From assembly GCA_000002435.2 (NCBI GenBank), contig CM018789.1: a stretch of DNA of 64,000 nucleotides, one strand, 5' to 3'. The notes under the pieces were generated by a model. The model made no database searches, was not told the DNA's origin, and saw only the letters and a list, made by a program, of their open reading frames with translations. The DNA comes from Giardia intestinalis. Taxonomy: Eukaryota. Both the position numbers and the translations under genes were made by a program. Position 1 is the first letter of the stretch. Every line of letters begins with the position of its first letter. This document shows positions 34,790 through 44,469 of this stretch, piece by piece.

Positions 34790-37645
34790 TCACTTTACAC
34801 TGATACCCCTTTTGGAGTACTTTTCCAACTTCCAATCAGCGTGATCGCGTGTCGAAACCCTTGGAGCGCATACGGAGATAGTGTTATTCTTTTTGCTATA
34901 CATTGTAGAGTTCAGTACAGAAGCCGTGCCATATTTTACTAGATTTTCTCTTGTAACACCACAGTTAACAGAGGAATCGGATGCAGTGCGAAAGCGAGCC
35001 TTGATTTGCTCTCTTGTCTTTACAACATCCCGAATATCAACATACACAGCGGAGTGCTTGGTATTGCTTCCTCCGAATGGGATCAGGTTGGGGCCATAGA
35101 CGGAGGTGAGCTGCCATGAGTCTAGAATCTTACGCTCCCTTTTATTCGATGCAAACTTTTCGTACCTGAGCAAAGCGTTCTTTTCAAAGAAGTTTAGGGG
35201 CCCTTGATGAGTGCCCGCCGTACTACTATTAGTCTCTAGTTTATGTGCTCTCATATGCACCACTCCAGAAGGTACTTCCTTGCAGATATTACTAATCTGT
35301 GTCTTAGACTTCTTAAGCAGTGGTGCGCTATTCAATTCGCATATCTTTGTGTTTATCATTTCGTTAGTAAAGTCTTCTTGCACAGCGGTAGATTCGATTG
35401 GGAGATTACTTTTCATTAAAAGCGAGTGACGATGAATAGTCTTTCCTGTATCAACAGCTCGTATATTCGAGCTAACTATGCTGTGGGATAGAATCTTATC
35501 AGGCACCTGATCCTGAAGCGTCCTGGCAAGGCTGCGAACAGCGCCTCTGAAGGAAATAGTGGTGTTGTTCAAACTAGGCAAGGATGGCTGCACGGTCGTT
35601 AAGTCGTGTTGACGACGCTCAGAGGATACTGAATCTAACATGCTAAGTGTCAGTTTTGGTGCAGCTTTACCAGTTGTTTCATATAACTCGTGTGGCTGGT
35701 AGTCGTCAGTTGGGGCGTGTGCACAGCTTTCACGTTGAATACCTAAATTAGCGAGAGATTCGTCGTTCTCAACTTGTTTGCCTGCCTCTACGTTGTTGTC
35801 AATGGTATACGATCGTTCCATCCCAGCCCGTGAATTGGGCTTTGCAACTGTACCGCTGTGGTAACCCTTTGAGGCAGAGGATAGTTGGGAAAGACCTTCC
35901 AAGTGGAAAGTGCTGCCTTCTCCATCCTCAGTACCATGCCTTGCTTTTGAATACCTAACGAGTTCGTTGCTAGAAATGGGTTTATCTAATGAGAGCCGCT
36001 TAAATCCTAAGTCTTTGCATTCAAGAACATAATTTCTTTTCACAAACGCATCTTGGGAGTATACCTTATCAATAGCTTTCCTCGTATGGACAATGCAATG
36101 GTCATGAGCTGGCTGCATATAAAGCGTCGCAGATCCATCTACTGCGTTGGCTATGATTACCCCATCCACGTGCCTATCTAGTATAAAGGACTTATACGTG
36201 GTTGAGCCATTATATGAAGTACTAATCGGGAGCATGTTTGCCAGGGCAATCGGAATGGAGACGTCTATTTGCATGTGATTTGTAAATCGTGAGAGAACAG
36301 CCTCATAGTTACCATCAAAGGTTGCCTTTTCGTGAATTGCAGCATCTGGTCCTAGTGGGACCATACTCTGTCTCAGGGACTTAGATTCTACCGCGCACTT
36401 GTCAAGCACGCCAGGAGTCAACAATCTCTTTCGGAAGGTTGCCAAACATGATCTGTAAGTAGCGCTATTCTCATCTACTGGAACGTCAGTATTATAATAT
36501 AGTTGAGATTTTACAAGGTGCTTGGTATCGCCGCTGGATTCGTTGCTGGCCTCCAATCTGTACTCTGCTAAGACCTCATAGAGAAGCTCCTCATAATCAC
36601 TGTCCGAAAAGCTCATGTCACTTCTTGGCTCGGCAAACGTGACCATGTCGCTGTGCCATGAACAGTCTTCCTTGACCCTGTTATAAAGGCAATCTTCCGC
36701 TAGTATGGAATCACTAATAGCAAGGGTGTCATCCAGTCTGCACTCCTTAATGGAAACTTCAGGAGATGACCCCAGCATAGCTTTTTCTGCTGGACTAATA
36801 GCCTTCTCTGAACGTTCACAAATGACTGTGTCAATAGCCTCAGGATTAATACAACTAGCCAGCGTGTCAATATCTAACAAAATTTGATTCTCATTGTCTG
36901 CAGGCTCTCTTTGCTGGAATGCGTCAGAGCTCCGGCATGCTGAAGCGCAGTCGGAGGAGTGCTTTAGATAGGCATCAGGCGGTGTCAGTGTGCTGAAATC
37001 CATCTTCTTAGCATCAGAAGCACGGGGAGCCGTCGGCGTGTAAGAGATAGGAGTCATGATACTAGGTCTTCTACTGGTATTTGCACTGCTAGTAAGTAGG
37101 GTATCTATGGTTAAATTATTGAGCTGGTCAAGATCTTTTCGGCTTAAGGAGCCGCGGCTCCGTGCAAACCGTTTGAGCCTCTCTAAAGAGGTAGAGGTCG
37201 GTTTGGTTATCAAAGACCCCTTTCCGGCCATATCTATTTCCTCCTTCTCCAGTAAACACTGCTCTGGCTCCAATTCATCTGGATGAAGGCTGTTTTCTGA
37301 TTCAGATAGGATCCGGAGTATCGCCATTTGCTCTGCTAATGATGCAGAGTTGCGGACAGAGTCTTTTACTATAATACCAACTGAGTTGCGCCAGTGCATT
37401 AGTTCGGGGGGAAGGTCGATTCCATGCATGCTGACCACTTGTGGTTTAAGTTTCTCTATCACTTCCTCGTTGAAAAGCGTGGACATGTACTCTTCTGAAA
37501 CCATTTTTGATGAAAGCGTAAACAAAACCCGGGCCTTTTCAAACTTGTCTACCGTCGCTTTCTGATGTTTCAACGTCAGACCCTGATTGTAATAAAAAAG
37601 CTCGGGCCGGAGGAGAAGGGTTCCGTCTGCATACTTATTATCCAT
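34790..37645 (-). CDS. Hypothetical protein (about 950 aa), largely low-complexity
   Basis: The track start at 37696 is GTG. The in-frame ATGs at 37690 and 37645 are both possible. The 37690 start codon would overlap the divergent gene's ATG as CATG, so 37645 is preferred. No recognisable domain. Confidence 0.45.
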   Translation of the reverse strand: MDNKYADGTLLLRPELFYYNQGLTLKHQKATVDKFEKARVLFTLSSKMVSEEYMSTLFNEEVIEKLKPQVVSMHGIDLPPELMHWRNSVGIIVKDSVRNSASLAEQMAILRILSESENSLHPDELEPEQCLLEKEEIDMAGKGSLITKPTSTSLERLKRFARSRGSLSRKDLDQLNNLTIDTLLTSSANTSRRPSIMTPISYTPTAPRASDAKKMDFSTLTPPDAYLKHSSDCASACRSSDAFQQREPADNENQILLDIDTLASCINPEAIDTVICERSEKAISPAEKAMLGSSPEVSIKECRLDDTLAISDSILAEDCLYNRVKEDCSWHSDMVTFAEPRSDMSFSDSDYEELLYEVLAEYRLEASNESSGDTKHLVKSQLYYNTDVPVDENSATYRSCLATFRKRLLTPGVLDKCAVESKSLRQSMVPLGPDAAIHEKATFDGNYEAVLSRFTNHMQIDVSIPIALANMLPISTSYNGSTTYKSFILDRHVDGVIIANAVDGSATLYMQPAHDHCIVHTRKAIDKVYSQDAFVKRNYVLECKDLGFKRLSLDKPISSNELVRYSKARHGTEDGEGSTFHLEGLSQLSSASKGYHSGTVAKPNSRAGMERSYTIDNNVEAGKQVENDESLANLGIQRESCAHAPTDDYQPHELYETTGKAAPKLTLSMLDSVSSERRQHDLTTVQPSLPSLNNTTISFRGAVRSLARTLQDQVPDKILSHSIVSSNIRAVDTGKTIHRHSLLMKSNLPIESTAVQEDFTNEMINTKICELNSAPLLKKSKTQISNICKEVPSGVVHMRAHKLETNSSTAGTHQGPLNFFEKNALLRYEKFASNKRERKILDSWQLTSVYGPNLIPFGGSNTKHSAVYVDIRDVVKTREQIKARFRTASDSSVNCGVTRENLVKYGTASVLNSTMYSKKNNTISVCAPRVSTRDHADWKLEKYSKRGISVK

Positions 37646-37688
37646 TCCCAGATCCGTCAGTTTGGGTAAGGGCCCGTGAGCCTCATCC

Positions 37689-38918
37689 ATGCCCACTATC
37701 CCTTTTGGATTTTATCTAACAAATTCGCTCATGGAATTATCGGAAAACCCTGCAACCCCGGCTGCCTTGCGGCAACGTGCGAGCCTTACCGGTCACTACC
37801 TGCCTAAGGTAAGGCATGAGGCGACTCACTCGAGACAAACCAAGCAGAAGACAATGGCAAATAGTGATGGGCCGAGAGGGTCTGTGCATGATTTTAATGG
37901 ATTTTTAGGACCGTCCACACATCAGAAGCATAAGTTCTGTCCTGAAGCCTCTGACGGTTCCCAACCCATGAGACGGCCACGGGATGTCAATATATTAAGT
38001 CATACCCTTCGTCAATGCCAACAGAGGATAGATCAGTTTCCACCGATCCAAGCAGGTCGTTGGCTTCAAACAGATCTTCGGCTGGCTATGGAGAAAGATG
38101 AAAAAAGCAAAGTTCCGGAAGAGATTAGTGATTTACGCCACAAGACCCAAAGTCCCAGCCATTCATTCGCTCAGTCCACAAATAAGAAGTCAAGCACAAC
38201 AGCCCATACTGCGATGAGCGTACAAAGAGTTCTCTCAGCGCATGATAGCCTACCGCCGAGTCCTCGCAGAGCCATATCACCTCCGTTTAAGACGCGGTTA
38301 ATCCGCGAAATGCTCCCAACAATGAACACTCACCAGGGACTGGTACCGAAGACAGACGCCTACAAACGTGGCTACCACACAGCGGGAGACTATTCTCCAT
38401 CTACGAAGAGAGTCATAGATGACTTAGACAAGGCGCGCTGTGACCTCATTCTTCTTCCCACTAATCAGAAGCTAAGCATACAAGAAGTTACTGCACAAAC
38501 GGATCGATATAAGCAAATAGCTGGCCACCGGACATTTTCGATTCGATTTGAGTCATCAGCAGATAATGCCTTGGAGGATGAGCCCTACCAGAGACGTCCC
38601 TACCTTTTACAAAAGTCTCCAGACAGGCGCAAACGGGCCCTGTCTCCGGCAGCATTTAATGCTACATTAGAAGAAATTCAATTCAAGCAGATGCACACCC
38701 TTCGGCACACAAGTAAAAACCTCTTTGCACGACCTGTTAATATAATAGATTTAGAACCTAGTAGCTCCGTGGAGAACACGGCTTCAGATATGCTCGAATG
38801 TGTTAAAGCATCACAATCAACGGGTAATTCTCAAGCCTCTAACTCAGAGCAATACAGCCCCAATATATGCCTTCCCTTGATGAATAACATGCCCTGTTCT
38901 TCATTTCCCATACTGTAA
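37689..38918 (+). CDS. Hypothetical disordered, basic, S/T/P-rich protein
   Basis: ATG at 37689, with an alternative at 37731. ORF of 409 aa with no motifs. Coding status is moderately supported by its length and the flanking gene spacing. Confidence 0.4.
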   Translation: MPTIPFGFYLTNSLMELSENPATPAALRQRASLTGHYLPKVRHEATHSRQTKQKTMANSDGPRGSVHDFNGFLGPSTHQKHKFCPEASDGSQPMRRPRDVNILSHTLRQCQQRIDQFPPIQAGRWLQTDLRLAMEKDEKSKVPEEISDLRHKTQSPSHSFAQSTNKKSSTTAHTAMSVQRVLSAHDSLPPSPRRAISPPFKTRLIREMLPTMNTHQGLVPKTDAYKRGYHTAGDYSPSTKRVIDDLDKARCDLILLPTNQKLSIQEVTAQTDRYKQIAGHRTFSIRFESSADNALEDEPYQRRPYLLQKSPDRRKRALSPAAFNATLEEIQFKQMHTLRHTSKNLFARPVNIIDLEPSSSVENTASDMLECVKASQSTGNSQASNSEQYSPNICLPLMNNMPCSSFPIL

Positions 38919-38932
38919 GCTCGCCACCCGTG

Positions 38933-40075
38933 TCACGCGTCCATAAATCCACGACAGTTTGGCGCGTTGCAAAAGCACTGCAGTCGTATGTCTCCCTCCA
39001 TTTGCCGAAGGTGATAGTTATAGCAGAGCTCATCTCCGGGCGAAATGTTTTCGAGGGCACGTAGATACAGTCTATTTTCTATCACATGAACTTCACAGTT
39101 TGGTAAGCAGCTGTGATTGGCAAACCTGGCGGCGTTTCCAATGAAAGTTGCGTCTACGATGATCTCCTGGTTTGATGAAATGCTGAACATGTAAGTAGAA
39201 GTAAATCCCTTGCTGCTCAAGATGCGCTCCCTTTGGTTGGCCTGTTCCTTGTTGACAATCTCTCCCACATACTCGATGACGTTTTTTCCTCGCGGAATGT
39301 ACACTAGCGCAAAGAGCCCGTGCCCGTGAATCGAAGACTTCATGACACAGCAGCTCTGACCTAGCATGAGCCTGTGGCGCTCTTTCCAGGACATTGGTGG
39401 GCCAGGACCAATCTTGGCTGCATCGTGCTTAAGGTAACAATCGGTAAAGTTCTGGAGAGACCGTTCTAGATAGCAGCTAGGAAGAAGTCGGCCTTGCTGT
39501 CTCTGTATATGCCTTATCTTGCGATTGACAAAAGCTCTCGAGAAGTATGGAGGAGTGTGCTTTTGCTGAAAGTATACCTGATAATATAGCTCTACGGCTT
39601 GATCCATTCTCATGGCCAGTCGACTAAAGTGACACTCATCACCCTCTTCTGTGTCTGGCTCTCTGCTACCGTTATCGTGCTCAGTTTCCCGTTTGACGAT
39701 CTTCCACTGTGCATTCTGATATTCAAGGCAAAGCCGTCTAAAAGCTGTTGCTCGAAGAATGCGTGAGCAATGGTCAAATTTGGCAAGGCTTGCTTCTTTG
39801 AATGTGGCATAGCTTGCCTCTACCTCAGAAGGTGGTGATGTGTAAAAGACAACTATCTGGGTCCTGCCATGCCTTCTTCCTCGGATTGCTGCGTAGGTAA
39901 TGCTGGACATGTACGGAGTCGAGTGGAACTCCTTTAGTGCTTTTAATGTAACTAGATGGGGATTCTGCGTGGTGGTATCGAAAGTTAGAGCTTCCCTCGG
40001 CTCGTATGTAACGCTTTGCTCCCAAATCCCTAATGCACGCAAGGAAGATAGGTTCACAGAATACAAGGGAGGCAT
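38933..40075 (-). CDS. SET-domain protein lysine methyltransferase with post-SET Cys cluster
   Basis: The track start at 40096 is TTG. The ATG at 40075 gives MPPLYS.... SET motifs: GHGLFALVYIPRGKNVIEYVGEI, RFANHSCLPNC, ELCYNY, and post-SET CFCNAPNCRGF. Confidence 0.75.
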   Translation of the reverse strand: MPPLYSVNLSSLRALGIWEQSVTYEPREALTFDTTTQNPHLVTLKALKEFHSTPYMSSITYAAIRGRRHGRTQIVVFYTSPPSEVEASYATFKEASLAKFDHCSRILRATAFRRLCLEYQNAQWKIVKRETEHDNGSREPDTEEGDECHFSRLAMRMDQAVELYYQVYFQQKHTPPYFSRAFVNRKIRHIQRQQGRLLPSCYLERSLQNFTDCYLKHDAAKIGPGPPMSWKERHRLMLGQSCCVMKSSIHGHGLFALVYIPRGKNVIEYVGEIVNKEQANQRERILSSKGFTSTYMFSISSNQEIIVDATFIGNAARFANHSCLPNCEVHVIENRLYLRALENISPGDELCYNYHLRQMEGDIRLQCFCNAPNCRGFMDA

Positions 40076-40097
40076 GCTCTTTCTTAAATCTTGCAAT

Positions 40098-41396
40098 TCA
40101 CTCTAACTGTTCAGCGCACAAAGCGCAAATATGTGCAATGCATGCTTGCAAGTCGCTATCGTACTCATAGCAGAACGGCTTAGGCTCCCCCAGCGAATAT
40201 CGTAACTCATATAAGCTTAGGCACGGAATGTAATGAGCCGCAATTCGGCGGAAATTTGAATTTAGCCACGGAGTAGCTAGGAGTGGACACCGAGCCACAA
40301 AAACAAATGCTGTGAACTGCTTGGCAAAGTTCCCTAGTTTGGCCTCATCAAGCTTGGGACCAAAGTAGCACAATTGTGCAGCAATGCCCTTTCTGCGGAG
40401 CACTTGCTTTAGTTCACGTGCGCCAGCCAGTGTCTCTGAGCGGGCATCCCCAATGATCAGCCCAACTGCTTCAAGTGAAAGTGGATTGATACAGTATTTC
40501 AGACGACTCTTGATGAGGTGCTTGTCATCTGCAAGCGCAGTGGAGATAAGCTTGCATATTTCAGGGGCCTCTACTGTGCTCAGCAGCGATGTCTGTGCGT
40601 CGATAAGTGTTAACTTCTCAATTGATACCTCAGAAGCAGTCGCCAGGATGGACAGGAAAAGGCGTAAGTAGCCTGGAAGTGCAAAGGACCGCACATTATC
40701 CAGAAAGTCTTCAACCATCTTAGTCCCTGCAGTGCACCCGGCATCTTCGTCGTCATCTTCTGACAGAAGAGAGTGCGACATAGCCACAGCGTGTTCTAAG
40801 GGTGTTTGCCCGTAAGACTCGACATAAATCGCGACATGCTTGATGCTTTGCTTTATATTGCCGCCTACTAATGGCAGCAGCCAGTTGTCCCCATTTACGC
40901 AGAGGCGGCGCCCCTTTGGGATTCCAGATATCCGTGCTTTCATCAAGAGGTGTTTTTCAAAGAGGAGAACGGCGTCCTCAGGGAGAGCCAGCCTGCTAGG
41001 GGCGTCTCCTTCTAAGACGTGGCCAGGATGAAGGGATGGTCGCCGTAAAAGGCCAATCAAGCTGCTCACACCGATCATCCCCTTCGATGACACATGGACC
41101 ACAGGGCACACTACGGAATCATAGGCTAATGGACAATAGATATCAATAGCAATGATGACGGGCTGCTTATGGTGAAGCGCACAATCAACGTTTAGGCAGC
41201 ACTCTGTGGGATGCATAATGGTAACGACTGCCCCTGGAAAGGTGGCTGTTATAAGGTTATATACAGTATCTACACAGCTGGATCCTAGAGTGTTACACTG
41301 GATGCAAGCAGTAGACCAGGTCTTGGTCGATAGCTCTGCGCGAAGTTGGACATGCCAAGGAACAATAGTCATTTTATTCGTGAAGCACTGAGGCAT
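40098..41396 (-). CDS. Possible diphthamide-synthesis DPH1/DPH2-family protein (2-(3-amino-3-carboxypropyl)histidine synthase-like)
   Basis: The track start at 41438 is GTG. The ATG at 41396 is preceded by cttcaaaaATG. The C-terminal block LAGARELKQVLRRKGIAAQLCYFGPKLDEAKLGNFAKQFTAFVFVARCPL parallels archaeal Dph2 LAEAKRIVKLLKKHGREARLIVMNDVNYHKLEGFPFEAYVVVACPRV, including the conserved ACP(R) Cys. An N-terminal Cys-containing segment TIMHPTECCLNVDCALHH is also present. Recalled-alignment evidence only. Confidence 0.4.
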   Translation of the reverse strand: MPQCFTNKMTIVPWHVQLRAELSTKTWSTACIQCNTLGSSCVDTVYNLITATFPGAVVTIMHPTECCLNVDCALHHKQPVIIAIDIYCPLAYDSVVCPVVHVSSKGMIGVSSLIGLLRRPSLHPGHVLEGDAPSRLALPEDAVLLFEKHLLMKARISGIPKGRRLCVNGDNWLLPLVGGNIKQSIKHVAIYVESYGQTPLEHAVAMSHSLLSEDDDEDAGCTAGTKMVEDFLDNVRSFALPGYLRLFLSILATASEVSIEKLTLIDAQTSLLSTVEAPEICKLISTALADDKHLIKSRLKYCINPLSLEAVGLIIGDARSETLAGARELKQVLRRKGIAAQLCYFGPKLDEAKLGNFAKQFTAFVFVARCPLLATPWLNSNFRRIAAHYIPCLSLYELRYSLGEPKPFCYEYDSDLQACIAHICALCAEQLE

Positions 41397-41439
41397 TTTT
41401 GAAGAGATCTGGTTTAACCTGTTCTCCACACCATTCACT

Positions 41440-43176
41440 CTACTTCAGAATGCTAAGTTGGAACACCTCATGTCTGGTGGAAAGCTTATAGAAATGGAAG
41501 GTCAAACTGGTGTCAGAAACATCAACTATGACGCACTGATAAAACGATGCCCCATATACAAAGTCCTTTGCCACATAGGCACTTTCGCGGATAGCAGGGC
41601 TTAGAGATGTGGCTTCCAAAGTCGACCACCGAAATTTTCCCCGTAACAAATTAGCGATTCGCTTTGGTGTCCCCCCACTGGTTCCTAGAACAACGGCATA
41701 AAACGAATGGTCTAGATAACCTAACTCACTGCAGACAGAGGTCCTATTATACACTTCAGTTAGATGACTATGGCCGACGACAAAGGCATCAACGTGATAT
41801 TGACAGATGTACGGCTCGAGAAGGAGCGCAAGAGGAAGGGGCTCAGTCTGCGCCTTTGTAATGGTGTACATACTGATGTGACTCACAAGGACGCGAAACT
41901 TTATGTCTGGGCGGTTTGTGGGGGTGTATCTGACCAAGGTTGTGTTCAACCACTTAAGTTGCTCAGGACTGAAAACATGACCCAGAGGAACACCAGTAAG
42001 TTTGTGCCGTTGATAGTCCTCCATGCAATCGAGAATTAGAAACAGTGTGTTGCCATACTCAAGCGTGAGATACTGACCCTCATCGAACGGAGGAATATCA
42101 CCAACTATGTCTGGGTCATAATACTTTCTAGCTGCAGGGGGGATGTACTGGAGAAGATCGTCCCAGTCCCTATAGTTTTGATCACAACTAGTCAAGCCTA
42201 CACGACGCTGAACTACTTGGTGATGATTGAAGAGGTTTTTATAGTTGTTACGATCCGTCACAATGTCTAGAACGTTACGATATAGTTCGTGGTTGCCACT
42301 TGTCGCCAGGAGTGGCTTGTTCCTTAGATAGCTGAACATACCGTGGTCTGCCATCATTTGACGCCATTGAGCCATGACTGCGCCTATTGTCACAAAGTCA
42401 CCGCCATGCACCACAAAATCAGGTTGCTTATCTTCCAAAAAGGACTTTAGGAGGACGTTCACACCATAGCGAGCGTGGGTGTCTGAGATTAGTGCAAACC
42501 TAAAGCCCGTTTGTGGCTTGGGCGCAATAAGATGGTAAATGCTCTTGCTGACAGTCGTTTTATAGAAGTACTTGCGGCCTGGCTGCAACCCAGACAGCCT
42601 AGAGTGATGTGTATGGTCTATAGATTCAACAGGAATTGGTAGCCACATATCTGGTTTCTCCTGAAGTCGAAAATCATCCTCAGTTACCTCAGGGCCAAAG
42701 GTGCTGTTATAAAGCCAGAGCTTATGACCGCTTTTCTCCTGGGTCACCGTGACGGGCTTATGATACCAATTAATCTGTAACGATCCTGTAGGAAGTTCAT
42801 CGGCGAAGGTGAGGAACGGGGAGATGCGTGTCGGAGTTGTCGGATTAGTTATGGCGGAATAGTACAGGCCTGCAGAGACGTATACTAAGGACGACTGGAT
42901 AAAAAGAACATGCGTGATCCAAGAAAGCACGGCTAGGGCGCGCTTAGATGCCTTACACCTTTGTTTATAAAGGCAATGCACACAGGATGCCAATATTATT
43001 ATAACAGAAGAGTGGATGAAGATAGAAACTTGGGTGAAAAAGAGATTGGAAACTCGCCCGAAAATATCTAGCTCAAAGCTCGTAGACCCGATGAACACCA
43101 TGAATCCAACGCTCATTAATAGAACGATGACTGATATTGTGATCTCCACTAGGAGTATTTGTGTCCTCCATGACAT
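41440..43176 (-). CDS. Calcineurin-like metallophosphoesterase (purple-acid-phosphatase-like) with N-terminal TM helices
   Basis: ATG verified at 43176, preceded by caaaataaATG only 14 nt after the upstream gene stop. Two N-terminal hydrophobic helices. Metallophosphatase motifs in order: ALISDTH (DxH), VVHGGDFV (GDxx), ATSGNHE (GNHE), VVGHSH (GH[DS]H). Confidence 0.7.
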   Translation of the reverse strand: MSWRTQILLVEITISVIVLLMSVGFMVFIGSTSFELDIFGRVSNLFFTQVSIFIHSSVIIILASCVHCLYKQRCKASKRALAVLSWITHVLFIQSSLVYVSAGLYYSAITNPTTPTRISPFLTFADELPTGSLQINWYHKPVTVTQEKSGHKLWLYNSTFGPEVTEDDFRLQEKPDMWLPIPVESIDHTHHSRLSGLQPGRKYFYKTTVSKSIYHLIAPKPQTGFRFALISDTHARYGVNVLLKSFLEDKQPDFVVHGGDFVTIGAVMAQWRQMMADHGMFSYLRNKPLLATSGNHELYRNVLDIVTDRNNYKNLFNHHQVVQRRVGLTSCDQNYRDWDDLLQYIPPAARKYYDPDIVGDIPPFDEGQYLTLEYGNTLFLILDCMEDYQRHKLTGVPLGHVFSPEQLKWLNTTLVRYTPTNRPDIKFRVLVSHISMYTITKAQTEPLPLALLLEPYICQYHVDAFVVGHSHLTEVYNRTSVCSELGYLDHSFYAVVLGTSGGTPKRIANLLRGKFRWSTLEATSLSPAIRESAYVAKDFVYGASFYQCVIVDVSDTSLTFHFYKLSTRHEVFQLSILK

Positions 43177-43190
43177 TTATTTTGGGTCTC

Positions 43191-44441
43191 CTAGAAAATT
43201 AGAAGGGCGCATACCATAAGAGCAGCAAGAAGGAGAACAGGTGAGAAGAGCAGTAGCGCGTTGACTATTCCTCGATGCCTAAAAGACATCTGTAAAGCTT
43301 TATAGACTGTCCTATCGCTAGATGTTTCCTTATAATAACCCAATACCAGTTCTGTCAAATGCGCCTGCCTTTCGTCAACCTCTTGGGGTGTACTATTCTG
43401 GCAGTGGAGGAGACGGACGATAGAGAAACTATTATCACAGCAAAGCATGAGAGGGGTAACCAGGTCGGTCATCTCGGGGAGAAACAGAGCAAATCCCAAG
43501 ACAACACCGAGTTGAGTTAGATATACCTCTGAGATCTGCTCAGGGTCTCCCCTTGTTTGGAGCCGCACGGTTATGCACATGCTGCGGTTCTTGCATAGGG
43601 TTTTTTGCTGTTGTCCGTAAAGCATGACTTTGCGCCCGGGGCTGTACTCTATGCTCATTCTGCTATGGAGATGTTTCTGCTGATACAGGTGGCAGGGAAA
43701 CACCTGTCTCCGAAATATCTCGTCAGCCTGTTGAATAGCAGGATACGATACCCTTAGCACATATACTCTAGGAACATTTGTTTGGAGAAATGTTTGATTC
43801 TTTCCACATGCGCCCTTGTAGATGGAAAGTGCTGCTCGTTTTTCGCCTTTGGTTACTGTTGATATCTTGGCCAGTGATATCGGGTCTATAGGTCTATAAA
43901 TTTGACAAGTTTCGAGGAGGTTGTCTGGATTATCGCCACGGTTGAAGTCATAAATATGGATTTTCAAGTTGGCACTAGCCCGTAAGTACTCAAGTACCGA
44001 TGGGCTGCACAGATTTAATAAGCTGTTGGGCTCTGTAATTATTTGTGCATTTCTTATTATCAATATCTCCATGCACTCGTCAGTGAAGAATCTCTCATGG
44101 CATTGGTCGTCATCTTTCCTCAAAGTGTGGATTGAATTTTCGAGCGATTCATGAAGATTACTGTTCTTTGCCTGTAGACCTACAGCTGGCTCGGGTGCTA
44201 TAATCAAGGATACAAAGCCCAGTTCTACCCTATATGCACCACCTTCTGCTTGTAAAATCCGTGACTTCACATCCAGACTAAGAGTAGCACATTCATAGAT
44301 TTCATGCATTGGCTGTTGATTACCAGTTGTTACAGATTCTGTGCTTGCGATAGCAGTACTCAAGCCCAACGAAAGGGCATGGTCTGCAACTGCAATTGCC
44401 TTTGAGCCACTGCCGATAACAAGCACATCAACTTTGCGCAT
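43191..44441 (-). CDS. Hypothetical tail-anchored protein with N-terminal Rossmann-type dinucleotide-binding motif
   Basis: ATG verified at 44441. MRKVDVLVIGSGSKAIAVADHAL shows a beta-alpha-beta GxGxxA/G fingerprint. The C-terminus VNALLLFSPVLLLAALMVCALLIF is a TM anchor. Family not assignable. Confidence 0.45.
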   Translation of the reverse strand: MRKVDVLVIGSGSKAIAVADHALSLGLSTAIASTESVTTGNQQPMHEIYECATLSLDVKSRILQAEGGAYRVELGFVSLIIAPEPAVGLQAKNSNLHESLENSIHTLRKDDDQCHERFFTDECMEILIIRNAQIITEPNSLLNLCSPSVLEYLRASANLKIHIYDFNRGDNPDNLLETCQIYRPIDPISLAKISTVTKGEKRAALSIYKGACGKNQTFLQTNVPRVYVLRVSYPAIQQADEIFRRQVFPCHLYQQKHLHSRMSIEYSPGRKVMLYGQQQKTLCKNRSMCITVRLQTRGDPEQISEVYLTQLGVVLGFALFLPEMTDLVTPLMLCCDNSFSIVRLLHCQNSTPQEVDERQAHLTELVLGYYKETSSDRTVYKALQMSFRHRGIVNALLLFSPVLLLAALMVCALLIF

Positions 44442-44469
44442 GAATCTTTTTCTTCCGCTAGTCTACAGT

